DNA from: an uncultured bacterium
GTDB lineage: Bacteria > Lernaellota > Lernaellaia > Lernaellales > Lernaellaceae
Length of the DNA stretch: 34,532 nucleotides
NCBI GenBank assembly: GCA_964534375.1
Contig: CAZHPN010000051.1
Coordinates: forward strand, 1-34,532
Direction of reading: 5' to 3'
The notes beneath the pieces were generated by a model. It searched no databases. It saw nothing but the letters and a program-made list of their open reading frames with translations, and was not told where the DNA came from. The position numbers and the translations under genes are program-made. Shown piece by piece: positions 1 to 8,022 of this stretch; position 1 is the stretch's first letter, and each line of letters opens with the position of its first letter.

Positions 1-39
1 GCCGACCGCGGAAAGGGGGCGATCAAGAAGAAAAATTAG
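1..39 (+). CDS. possible 3' end of a gene entering from the left (..ADRGKGAIKKKN*)
   Basis: Open frame from base 1 to TAG at 37-39, converging on the rSAM gene; too short to identify. Confidence 0.3.
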   Translation, partial: ADRGKGAIKKKN

Positions 40-70
40 ATGCGTTTACCCTGGGCGCCGCCGCCGAATT

Positions 71-1111
71 TCACTCGCGCAATTGCCGCAAATGGCTCGC
101 CAATTCGTCGGCGCGCAGCGGGCACATCCGGCAATGCTCGGGCGGCGGCTCGCCCCGCAAAAAGGCGCGGCGCAGCGCCCGGTAGGGCTCGCCGTTCCAG
201 ATCGCGCGCAACGACGCGTTGTGCACGTTGCCGGCCGGAAAACTGTAACGCTCGTTGCGGAACACCGCGTTGCAGCAGGGCCACACCTCGCCGCCCGCGC
301 GCGTGAAAAAGAGGCGCAGCGGGTGCGGGCAGCGGCCGCCGACGATCGCCTCGTACGGCAGCAGCGCCTTGACGCCGCGGTGGGCCGCCAGCGCTTGCGC
401 GTCGGCCAAAGCGCGCGACAGCCGCTCCGGCTCGTGGTAGGCGCTGCGCGCGTGCAGCGAAGCGTCCCACGCGACGAGGTGATTGAGCAGCAGCGTTTTG
501 ACGTTGAGGTCGGCGGCGAACTCGATCAAGCCGGGCAACTCGTCGAGGTTGTCGCGGTCGATGGTCGCGGCGATGCCGGCTTCCGGAACGCGCACGCCCA
601 TCTCGTATTTTCGCCGCGCCAGGTAGGCGAAGGCGTGTTCCGCGTCGGACACCGCCAGCCCGCGCCGGCGCGCCAGCGCCGCGGGCTCGATCGCGTCCAT
701 GCTGACGTTGAGGATCTCGACGCCGGCCGCCAGAAAGCGGTCGAGCAGCGCTTCGTCGAGCGTCAGGCCGTTGGTCGTGACTTCCACGCGGCAGCCGCAG
801 CTTTTCGCCGCTTCGACCAGCGGCCAGAAAAGCGGCGCGATCGTCGGCTCGCCGTGGCCGAAGGCGAACACCGTGTCGGCGGTGATGAAGAATTCGCGCA
901 GCCGTGCCAGGGTGTCGGCTTCCAAATCCGCCGGCGGGTTTTGTTCCGCATTCCAAAAATGGCGCGCGCAGATTGCGCAAACCCCGTTGCAGCGGTTGGT
1001 CGGCTCGACCGCGATCTGGCTCGGGTTGGCGCGAAACCGGGCCCGGCGCCAATAGATGTCCTGCGCCAGCGTGACGCGGTTGAGCCACTTGCGCCACGCG
1101 TGCGGCTTCAT
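71..1111 (-). CDS. radical SAM protein with C-terminal SPASM/twitch domain (346 aa)
   Basis: CxxxCxxC (CNGVCAIC), FGHGEP, TTNG; C-terminal CPHP...GEVWPCC...GNV...IWNG...CRMCP. ATG at 1111 overlaps the upstream TGA (ATGA, 1108-1111), so the track's extension to 1432 is not used. Confidence 0.9.
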   Translation of the reverse strand: MKPHAWRKWLNRVTLAQDIYWRRARFRANPSQIAVEPTNRCNGVCAICARHFWNAEQNPPADLEADTLARLREFFITADTVFAFGHGEPTIAPLFWPLVEAAKSCGCRVEVTTNGLTLDEALLDRFLAAGVEILNVSMDAIEPAALARRRGLAVSDAEHAFAYLARRKYEMGVRVPEAGIAATIDRDNLDELPGLIEFAADLNVKTLLLNHLVAWDASLHARSAYHEPERLSRALADAQALAAHRGVKALLPYEAIVGGRCPHPLRLFFTRAGGEVWPCCNAVFRNERYSFPAGNVHNASLRAIWNGEPYRALRRAFLRGEPPPEHCRMCPLRADELASHLRQLRE

Positions 1112-3948
1112 CGACGCGTTCCCGGCAGGTCGAGTTCCGCCAGCGTTCGCCGCAGCCGTTCGACGCCCTCGTAATTCGGGCAGCGGCGGCAAACGTCGGT
1201 CCACAGCGCGCCGCCGTCGCGCATACGCGTATCGCCGCGCCGGCGCATGTCGCGCGCCGCGAGCCGCAGCCGGTCGTATTCGTCGCTGCGCCACCACGCG
1301 GCGAACGAGCGTTCCGCCAGATTGCCGACCGGGCGCGGCGCGCAGCAGAAGCTCACTTCCCCGTCGGCCCACGCGCGGCTGAACACCCAGCCGGCCAGAC
1401 AGCCGACGTCGCGATAGCGTTCGCCGGTCCAATTCGCGCCTTCGCCGTGGCCGCCGGTCTGGAAGTCGATGTTTTCGACCACGGTCGCCCCGGTCGCCTC
1501 GACGATCCGTCGCGCCTCGGCCAACGCGCCGGGCAGGGCGGCCCGTCTCGCCGGCGGCACGGCGAGTTCCGCGTTGTAGGACTCGATCGCGGCGAGTTGA
1601 TAACGGACGTGATCGGCGCCGACGCCGGCGGCAAGGCGCGCAAAATCGACTATTTCATGGTCGTTGAGCGCGGTGACCACGTCGACCAGCACCAGCCGCG
1701 GTTTTTCTTTTTTCGCCGCGCGCCGCAAGTCGACCAGCCGCCGGGCCGCGGCCGCAAGCCGGCCGAACGCGGCGGGCGAAAGTTTGTCGTGCAGCCGGGC
1801 GAAGGTCGTTTCGCTCGCCGCGGAAAGCGAGATGTAAAGCATGTCGAGTTCGGCATCGACCAGGGCGCGGATTGTTTCCTCGGTCAGGCCGAGCCCGCCG
1901 GTGAACAGCGTGACGTTCATGCGCCGGTCTTTCAGCGCGCGCACCATGTCCAGCAGGCGCGGGTGCGTCAGCGGGTCGCCCTTGCCGGACAGCACGACGT
2001 CTTCCGTCGCGCCGAGCTGCGCCAGATCGTCGGCGAGCGCGAGGAAGGTGGGCCAGGCCATCGCGGCGTCGCGGTTGGCCGCCGTCAGCCGGTGCGGGTC
2101 GTCGCGCGCCGCGGCGAGCGGGCTGTGAAACCAGCAATACCGGCACTCGGCGTCGCAGCGGTTCGTCACATCGAGATGAAACGTGCGCGGGCCGACAAAC
2201 ACGCCGCCGGTGGCAGCGCCCAACGCGCGCAGCAATTCCGCCTCGTTGTCGCCGCGCGCCGCCGCCGCGAATTTCCACAGCGTCTGGCGCCAGCCGTCGT
2301 CGGCGAGGTCGAGCGCGACGCCCGCCGCCGCCGCCCGCTCGCGCGCCTGCGCCAGCGTCGCCGGCCAGCGCAGATGGATTTCCGCCAGCGGCCGCGGTTC
2401 GAGATGCGCCCACGCCGGATCGAGCGCGCGGCCCGTCGTGTCGCGGATCAATGCGAACAGCCGTTCGAGCCGGGCGATATTTTGGATCGTCGCCGGAACG
2501 CGAATCGTCGCCGTTGGCGGCAGTTCGCCGAGCCGGCGCATGACCGCGCGCCATGGTTCGGCGCCGTCGGCAGCTTCGTGGACGATTTCGTTGTCGCCAT
2601 GAAGGCGGAGTTCGGAATTGAACTTTAACACAGAGGCTTCGGATTGCGGATTGCGGATTGCGGATTGCGGATTGGGAATCCCAAATCCCGAATCCCGAAT
2701 CCCGAATCCCGAGCCCTGAATCCCGCCCCCCGCCTCCCGATAAACCGCCTCGACTTCCGCCAGCGCCGCGCCCCGCCGCGCGGCCTGCGCCATCCCCTCA
2801 ACGATCGCGTTCTCTTGCGGACTGAGGCTGCCGGCCAGGCGCATGACGGCCTGATTGCCGCCGAGGTTGTCGCAGATGCGGAAGCAGCCGGGCAGGGCGA
2901 AATCGATGTCGTGGCCGATGTTGCGCAGCCACGGGTCGTCGTAATTCAGGCGCAGTGTGCGGCGGCGAAATTCGTTCTGGCGCTCGCCGAACCAGACGGC
3001 GGGAAAATCCTGCCGTCGCAGGTCGCCGGCGGCGATGCGGTGCGACTTGAGGCAGCCGTGCACCTGGCCGACCGTCGTGATGCGCGTGAAAAACCAGCCG
3101 GCCGCGCAGGGGATCGAGCCGACGATGCCGTTGTCGAACACGCCCTTGACCGCGTCGATGTTTTGCAAGCGCCGCACGAACTGCTCGCGGTGCACGAACG
3201 GCCGGCCGTTGGTCGCCGACCCCGCGGCCAACCGGATGGCGCGCGCGATCTGCTGTTTGTCGAGCGTGAACACGTCGGTGCGGCGCGGGATCGGATCGAG
3301 GACGGCGAACTCGACTTCCTCGGCGCCGACCGCGCGGCCGTGCGCGATCATCTCGGGGATTTCCTCGAAGTTGAGCGCGCAGATCACCTCGTACAGCTTC
3401 ACGCGTGGCGTGGCCGAGCCGCGTTCCCGTTTGCGCTCGGCCAGCCGCGCCAGCAGCCGCGTCAGGTGGTGGAACGTCGCCTCCGTTTTGTTCGGATGCA
3501 GCCGCGCGTACGTGGCGCTGCGGCCCGCCCACAGCGAGACGATCAAGTGATCGAGGCCCGCGTCGATGAGCGACTCGACGAGCGCCTCGTCGGCCAGCGT
3601 GAAATTGGTGTTGAGGGTCACCGCGAAGCCGGCCGCCTTGGCCTCGCGGATCGCCGCCGGCAAATCCGCAAAACACAGCGGGTCGCCGCCGCCGCCGAGA
3701 AACAGTTCCTGCACGCGCGCCTCGCGCAGCGCCGGCAGCAGCCGGCGCACGAACGCGAGGTCGTGCGCGCCTTTTTCCAGCGTGTCGTAATGGTCTTCGT
3801 CGCGCAGCAGCGGGCTGCGCGCCCAGCAGCCGAGGCAGTTGTTGGTGCAGGCGTCGGTCAGATCGAGTTGCGCGACCTGCGGCCCGATCAGCGCCCGATC
3901 GCCCAGCCGCATGCCCGCAAGACGAAGCGCGGTGTCCAGATTCAGCAC
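1108..3948 (-). CDS. tandem double radical SAM/SPASM protein (946 aa)
   Basis: Two CxxxCxxC motifs (LDLTDACTNNCLGCW; LDVTNRCDAECRYCW), each followed by GGGDP/GKGDP and a Cys-rich SPASM-like segment (CAAGW..GQVHGC..CFRIC; CLAGW..GEVSFCC..CRRC). GTG start with GAGGGG SD. Confidence 0.9.
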   Translation of the reverse strand: MLNLDTALRLAGMRLGDRALIGPQVAQLDLTDACTNNCLGCWARSPLLRDEDHYDTLEKGAHDLAFVRRLLPALREARVQELFLGGGGDPLCFADLPAAIREAKAAGFAVTLNTNFTLADEALVESLIDAGLDHLIVSLWAGRSATYARLHPNKTEATFHHLTRLLARLAERKRERGSATPRVKLYEVICALNFEEIPEMIAHGRAVGAEEVEFAVLDPIPRRTDVFTLDKQQIARAIRLAAGSATNGRPFVHREQFVRRLQNIDAVKGVFDNGIVGSIPCAAGWFFTRITTVGQVHGCLKSHRIAAGDLRRQDFPAVWFGERQNEFRRRTLRLNYDDPWLRNIGHDIDFALPGCFRICDNLGGNQAVMRLAGSLSPQENAIVEGMAQAARRGAALAEVEAVYREAGGGIQGSGFGIRDSGFGIPNPQSAIRNPQSEASVLKFNSELRLHGDNEIVHEAADGAEPWRAVMRRLGELPPTATIRVPATIQNIARLERLFALIRDTTGRALDPAWAHLEPRPLAEIHLRWPATLAQARERAAAAGVALDLADDGWRQTLWKFAAAARGDNEAELLRALGAATGGVFVGPRTFHLDVTNRCDAECRYCWFHSPLAAARDDPHRLTAANRDAAMAWPTFLALADDLAQLGATEDVVLSGKGDPLTHPRLLDMVRALKDRRMNVTLFTGGLGLTEETIRALVDAELDMLYISLSAASETTFARLHDKLSPAAFGRLAAAARRLVDLRRAAKKEKPRLVLVDVVTALNDHEIVDFARLAAGVGADHVRYQLAAIESYNAELAVPPARRAALPGALAEARRIVEATGATVVENIDFQTGGHGEGANWTGERYRDVGCLAGWVFSRAWADGEVSFCCAPRPVGNLAERSFAAWWRSDEYDRLRLAARDMRRRGDTRMRDGGALWTDVCRRCPNYEGVERLRRTLAELDLPGTRR
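2641..2724. repeat. 12 tandem heptamers: 5x GGATTG(C/G) then 7x GAATCCC-like, inside the CDS
   Basis: Read directly; 84 bp, in frame, encodes GIQGSGFGIRDSGFGIPNPQSAIRNPQS. Confidence 0.95.
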
Positions 3949-3980
3949 AGAAACCCCCTCGCGGCAACAATACCAGAAAA

Positions 3981-4077
3981 TGCGGATTGCGGATTGCGGA
4001 ATGCGGCGTTTCGGGCCTCACACGCAGGACCCGCGCCGGTACATTCCGCAATCCGCAATCCGCAATCCGAAATCTGC
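3981..4077. repeat. inverted heptamer arrays (TGCGGAT)n / (ATCCGCA)n forming a long hairpin
   Basis: 3981-4003 is the exact reverse complement of 4042-4064; the 38-nt interior also pairs partially (CGGCG/CGCCG, CGGG/CCCG). Confidence 0.9.
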
Positions 4078-4168
4078 TTGCGGCTCTTCCGATGCCGGCC
4101 GGAACGCCGGCGTGGGTTGCATGTCGTCCATCTCGCGCGATAGGTTGGCGGCGACGGAGTCAATTACG

Positions 4169-4582
4169 ATGAAGCAGCGGCGCCCGGCGATCATTTTTGT
4201 CGCGATATTAATGGCTGGCGTTGCGCTTGCGCAAACGCCGCGCTTGTTGACGCAGTTCGACGCCGGATCGACGATCTATCTGAAAAGCGGCGAAGGTTTT
4301 CAAATCCAGTTGGAGCGGCGCGCCGACGAGACCAAGGCGTGGCGCTGGCCGTTCATCGACGAAAAGGTCGTCAAGGTCGCCGCGCCGATGCGCGAATCGC
4401 GCCCGGCGGACAAACCGAATACGGTGCTCGAAATCCATTCGTTCATCGCCGTAGCGCCCGGCGCGACAAATCTCTACGCCGAACTCACGGAGGCCGGCGA
4501 CCCGACGAAAGTCTTCGCCCGGTTCCCGGTGACCGTGCAGGTCACGATCGCCCCGGCCGGCGCCCCGGCGTCTCCGCCGTAA
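4169..4582 (+). CDS. secreted chagasin/inhibitor I42-like protein (137 aa), divergent
   Basis: GGAG SD + ATG; signal peptide ending VALA; pattern DAGSTIYLKSGEGFQIQL..W..F.AVAPG.T.L..F.VTVQV resembles the chagasin Ig-like fold, but the NPTTGY and RPW loops are absent. Confidence 0.6.
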   Translation: MKQRRPAIIFVAILMAGVALAQTPRLLTQFDAGSTIYLKSGEGFQIQLERRADETKAWRWPFIDEKVVKVAAPMRESRPADKPNTVLEIHSFIAVAPGATNLYAELTEAGDPTKVFARFPVTVQVTIAPAGAPASPP

Positions 4583-4607
4583 CCCGCGGCTCGCTCGGAC
4601 AAGGATA

Positions 4608-4642
4608 AGGGCGCGACAGCTCCCTGCATGCGCGCCCTATTT
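4608..4642. terminator. hairpin between convergent genes
   Basis: AGGGCGCG (4608-4615) / CGCGCCCT (4631-4638) followed by ATTT; long loop and weak U-tract. Confidence 0.3.
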
Positions 4643-4668
4643 CGTCGCACTCTGCTTCGGGTCGCGGT

Positions 4669-4806
4669 TTATCGGCTCCCCGACTCGCGTACCCCGGCAG
4701 GCGTCGGTTTGCCCGCCGGACGGACCGCCGTCACACGGTAGCCGAGGTAACGCAAGGCTAGGAAAAGCCCGGCCGCGACCCCCAGATTAACTGCTGTTTC
4801 GACCAT
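4669..4806 (-). CDS. small single-pass membrane protein (45 aa), hypothetical
   Basis: Strong AGGAGG SD upstream of ATG at 4806; MVETAVNLGVAAGLFLALRYLGYRV.. hydrophobic N-terminal segment. Confidence 0.45.
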   Translation of the reverse strand: MVETAVNLGVAAGLFLALRYLGYRVTAVRPAGKPTPAGVRESGSR

Positions 4807-5006
4807 CTCCAATTCCCTCCTAAGCAGATCCTCGCCATGACTGAAAATTAGCCACGGCTCTCCTGCGATCAACGAAAAAATTTTTCAGATGTGCGGTTGC
4901 CATACAAACGTAGTGTAATAACTAATGTTTCCCGCAATAAACCATTGGAAAAATATGGGAATATTCCGCGGAATGCGGCCCGTGCAACGGCGAAAATGGC
5001 GGCGCG

Positions 5007-5489
5007 TTACGGGTGCGGCGGCGCCGGCTTGCGCGGCGCCTCATCGGTCGCCGACGGCTTGCCGACGACGAACGGCACAAGCGCCAGCGCCTGGCCGCTA
5101 TCGTTCTGCACCTCGACGCGCCACGATCCGGCCTGCGCGGCGGGAATCTGCATCATGGCGCTCGCCCGCGGCTTAGCCTTCGTCAACATGAGTTTGGCGC
5201 GCGAACGCTCGTCGCCTTCGCGAAACCAGACGACCGTCACCGTTTGCGGGTCTTCGAGCCCGATGCCGTCGACCCGGCAAAAGACGGCGCCGACGTTTTC
5301 CGGGAATCTCGTGGCCTGGCCTTCCAATTCGCCGGAATCCTTGACGCCGGTTCCGACGGCGGCCTCGATTGTGAAGCCCGGAATGGAAAGCCAATCGGAC
5401 AGGGCGCCGGTTGGGTTGGCGGGCTCGCCCGCCGACGCCGCAACACACCACAGCAACACGGGCAGCAGTACCGGCCAGCGGCGCAACAC
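5007..5489 (-). CDS. exported DUF2914-like protein (160 aa)
   Basis: GGGAGG SD + GTG at 5489; signal peptide; AAVGTGV..F..V.AVFC..VTVVWFREG..AGSWRVEV..G..L..F.V pattern typical of DUF2914. Confidence 0.7.
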   Translation of the reverse strand: MLRRWPVLLPVLLWCVAASAGEPANPTGALSDWLSIPGFTIEAAVGTGVKDSGELEGQATRFPENVGAVFCRVDGIGLEDPQTVTVVWFREGDERSRAKLMLTKAKPRASAMMQIPAAQAGSWRVEVQNDSGQALALVPFVVGKPSATDEAPRKPAPPHP

Positions 5490-5629
5490 CTTCGTTTCCT
5501 CCCATTTCTTGATTGCCGTCAATGTACGTCGGCGGGCGTTGCGATGCAACAGGAAAGGAGAGGAAATTAAATGCCGCCTCCGACGAGACGCGCACTCATC
5601 CGGCGCGGGATCGACCGTCGGCGCGTCGC

Positions 5630-6913
5630 CTATTCGGCGGGCGCGAACCGGTCCAGCGCCATTGACGCCACGTTGAATTTCAGCATGCCGTCGAATTCGG
5701 CCATCGCCTGGGCGATGAGATTCTTGCGCTGGCCGGCGAGGTAATCGAGCAACGTCGTGTTGAACTCGTCGACGCCCGCCACCGTTACGCAAGCCGCGGC
5801 GCCGGCCGCCAGCGCGGCGTCGACGTCGGTGTCTTTCGGAGCGACGGCGACGACGGTCGGCCCGCCGAGTTTCTTCAGCGTCGCGGCGAGGGCGGCGAAG
5901 TCCTTCGGCTCGACGCTATTCTTGCCGAGCGCGAACAAATACGGCTTGCCGTCGTACAGCGCGGCGAGCAATTGCAGGCCCGCGATGGAGTCGAGCTCGC
6001 GAATGTCCTCGGCCGGCAGGCCGAGTTTGAGCAGGAGGTCGAGCAGGGCGACGCGGGCGGCCCAGCTTTTCACCAGATACGGCCGCTTGTCCTTCGGCAG
6101 GATGAGCAGCCGGCGAACGTTTTCGATATCCAGTTCGTCGCCGTTCACGTCGCGAATGCCGGCGCTTTTCAGCGCTTCCAGGCCGGCGCGATCTTTCGCG
6201 CGGATGACCGGCTGGCCGGTGTGCTGGCTGTAGACGACGATTTCCTCGTCGAAGAAATCCGCCTCGAACAGTTTGTCGATGAAGTATTCGATTTCCTCGG
6301 CGTCCGTGCGCTCGGCGAGCCACTGGTCGAGCAGCAGTTCGCTTTTTTTCTCTTGAATCGCGGCGAGGAACGGCTGGAGCGCCTTTTCCCGCAGGATGGC
6401 GCTCAGTTCGAGGTCGGCCGGCGTCGGTCGTTCGACCGCCTTGCCGCCGATTTCGGCCATCGAGCCCTTCGGCGCCCCGGGTTCGGACCATTTCAGTTCG
6501 GCGCAGTTGCACTCGATTTCGAGAATCGTCGAAAGCGCCTGGCAAAGGCGATCCAGATCGGCGGCGTCGGCGGCGCCGACCGGCGCGATCTGGCCGACTT
6601 CCAGCGCCATTTCCGTCAACGCGGCGGCGCGGCCGGGATCGGCGAACGGGTCGCCGGATTCTTCATGTCGGGGCTCCCAGCGGCACTTGAGGAACAGCAA
6701 CTTGGCGTCGCCGGCCAAGAACAAATCGCCCCCGGCTTGGTCGAATGCGGGCGAGACCTTCTCGATCGGGGCGCCGAACAGACCCGCGGCGTTCTCGCGC
6801 AGTGTGTGAAAGACGCCGGTGAAACCTTCCTTGGCCAGCCGATCCATCAATTGCAGGAAATGAAAATCGGCGGCCGAAGTGCTGCTCCGTTTGAGCACCA
6901 GTTGCAAAAGCAT
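5630..6913 (-). CDS. hypothetical protein (427 aa)
   Basis: Protein-like composition, GGGAGG SD and a promoter upstream; no confident family assignment. Confidence 0.8.
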   Translation of the reverse strand: MLLQLVLKRSSTSAADFHFLQLMDRLAKEGFTGVFHTLRENAAGLFGAPIEKVSPAFDQAGGDLFLAGDAKLLFLKCRWEPRHEESGDPFADPGRAAALTEMALEVGQIAPVGAADAADLDRLCQALSTILEIECNCAELKWSEPGAPKGSMAEIGGKAVERPTPADLELSAILREKALQPFLAAIQEKKSELLLDQWLAERTDAEEIEYFIDKLFEADFFDEEIVVYSQHTGQPVIRAKDRAGLEALKSAGIRDVNGDELDIENVRRLLILPKDKRPYLVKSWAARVALLDLLLKLGLPAEDIRELDSIAGLQLLAALYDGKPYLFALGKNSVEPKDFAALAATLKKLGGPTVVAVAPKDTDVDAALAAGAAACVTVAGVDEFNTTLLDYLAGQRKNLIAQAMAEFDGMLKFNVASMALDRFAPAE

Positions 6914-6957
6914 TGCTCCCTCCCCGTTGATGCTGCTTCTGTTGCGCTGACTGCCGG

Positions 6958-6987
6958 ACTATAGTCTCCGGCATTTTCTTTTGTCAA
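6958..6987 (-). promoter_or_regulatory. sigma70-type promoter for the 427-aa gene
   Basis: TTGACA (6987-6982) - 18 nt - TATAGT (6963-6958) on the minus strand, in an AT-rich divergent gap. Confidence 0.55.
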
Positions 6988-7002
6988 CAAAACCTCTTTT
7001 GC

Positions 7003-7031
7003 TTGACAAAATCCAACGGTTACTTAAAACT
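7003..7031 (+). promoter_or_regulatory. possible divergent sigma70 promoter
   Basis: TTGACA at 7003-7008 followed after 16 nt by TAAAACT; imperfect -10. Confidence 0.35.
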
Positions 7032-7164
7032 AGAGCCGATCCTGTGGTTTCGCCAACAGTGCTGTGTCGTGGTTTCGCCGGTCAACGTGCAGGCGTCGCC
7101 ATGGAGCGCGGCCCGCAGCCGACGGCGGTTCAACAGGCGGCGGCCGCCGGAGAAGCTGAACGAA

Positions 7165-8022
7165 ATGATGTATGTCGGGTTCGCCATCGGTTGTTTGGCG
7201 CTCGCGGCCGCAATCGGCCGGTTCGGCGCCGGCCGCAGCCGCTCGCCGCTGTTTCTGGCAGCGATGGCGTTGCTGGCCGCCGCGGCGGGGGCGGGCATTT
7301 ACACCGCGGCGACGGAACAATTCGGCGCGTTCGAGTTGTTCGCCGGGCTGATCGGCGTCGGCATCGGTCTCGCGCTGGCGGCCGCAGGCTATTTCCTGGT
7401 CCGCGCCGTCGAAGAAGCGAGCCTGCTGGTCGCGCCCGCGGCCATCGGCGTCTCCTTCGCGTTGCCGATCGCGGCGGCGGTGTTTCTCTTCAACGGCTTA
7501 TCTTCGGTGACGCGGTATGGCGCGCTCGGTTTGGCCGCCGGCGCGGTCGCGTTCGCCCTGTTGATCGTCGGCTGGCGGGTTCGCGCGAGCGGTCTGCCGC
7601 TGAACAACCGCTTGCTGAGCACGTTGCTGTTGCTGGCGCTGGTCGGCTTCGTGTTCTTCGGTTTGCTGTTTTTCGATGCGATGGCGGGGTCGCGCGCGCA
7701 GGACGGTCCGTTCTTGCTGACCGTCTTCGCCGTCGGCGGCATCGCCTTGCAGATTCTCGGCTACGCGCGCCGCGAACGTTTCGGCGCGTCCGAGATTCTC
7801 TTCGGCGCCGCCGCCGGCGTGCCCTTGTTCGGCGGCTTCCTGTGCCTGTTGCTGCCGCTGGGAGGACTGCCCGGCTGGCAGATCGTCGGTCTGGCGGCGT
7901 TCGGCGCCACGCCGGCCGTCGCCTTGGTTTTCATCGGGGCGTTCGGCGAACGCTGGCGCATCCCGGGTTACCTCGGTCTGGCGGGTCTCGCCGCCGCCGC
8001 CGCGCTCCTGGCCCTCGGTTAG
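7165..8022 (+). CDS. polytopic membrane protein, DMT/EamA-like (285 aa)
   Basis: About 10 Gly/Ala-rich hydrophobic segments in two similar halves; ATG at 7165 chosen because the residues upstream are not membrane-like. Confidence 0.65.
   Translation: MMYVGFAIGCLALAAAIGRFGAGRSRSPLFLAAMALLAAAAGAGIYTAATEQFGAFELFAGLIGVGIGLALAAAGYFLVRAVEEASLLVAPAAIGVSFALPIAAAVFLFNGLSSVTRYGALGLAAGAVAFALLIVGWRVRASGLPLNNRLLSTLLLLALVGFVFFGLLFFDAMAGSRAQDGPFLLTVFAVGGIALQILGYARRERFGASEILFGAAAGVPLFGGFLCLLLPLGGLPGWQIVGLAAFGATPAVALVFIGAFGERWRIPGYLGLAGLAAAAALLALG

Noticed and set aside
3942..4172. Short ORFs (73 and 61 aa) as RiPP precursors for the rSAM enzymes
   Set aside because: Their Cys-containing repeats (DCGLRIAEC) are just translations of the heptamer array; no SD and no RRE/PqqD or peptidase gene nearby.
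4823..4837. TGGC...TGCT sigma54-like promoter on the minus strand
   Set aside because: The GG-to-GC spacing is one base short of the strict -24/-12 requirement, and the site abuts the SD.
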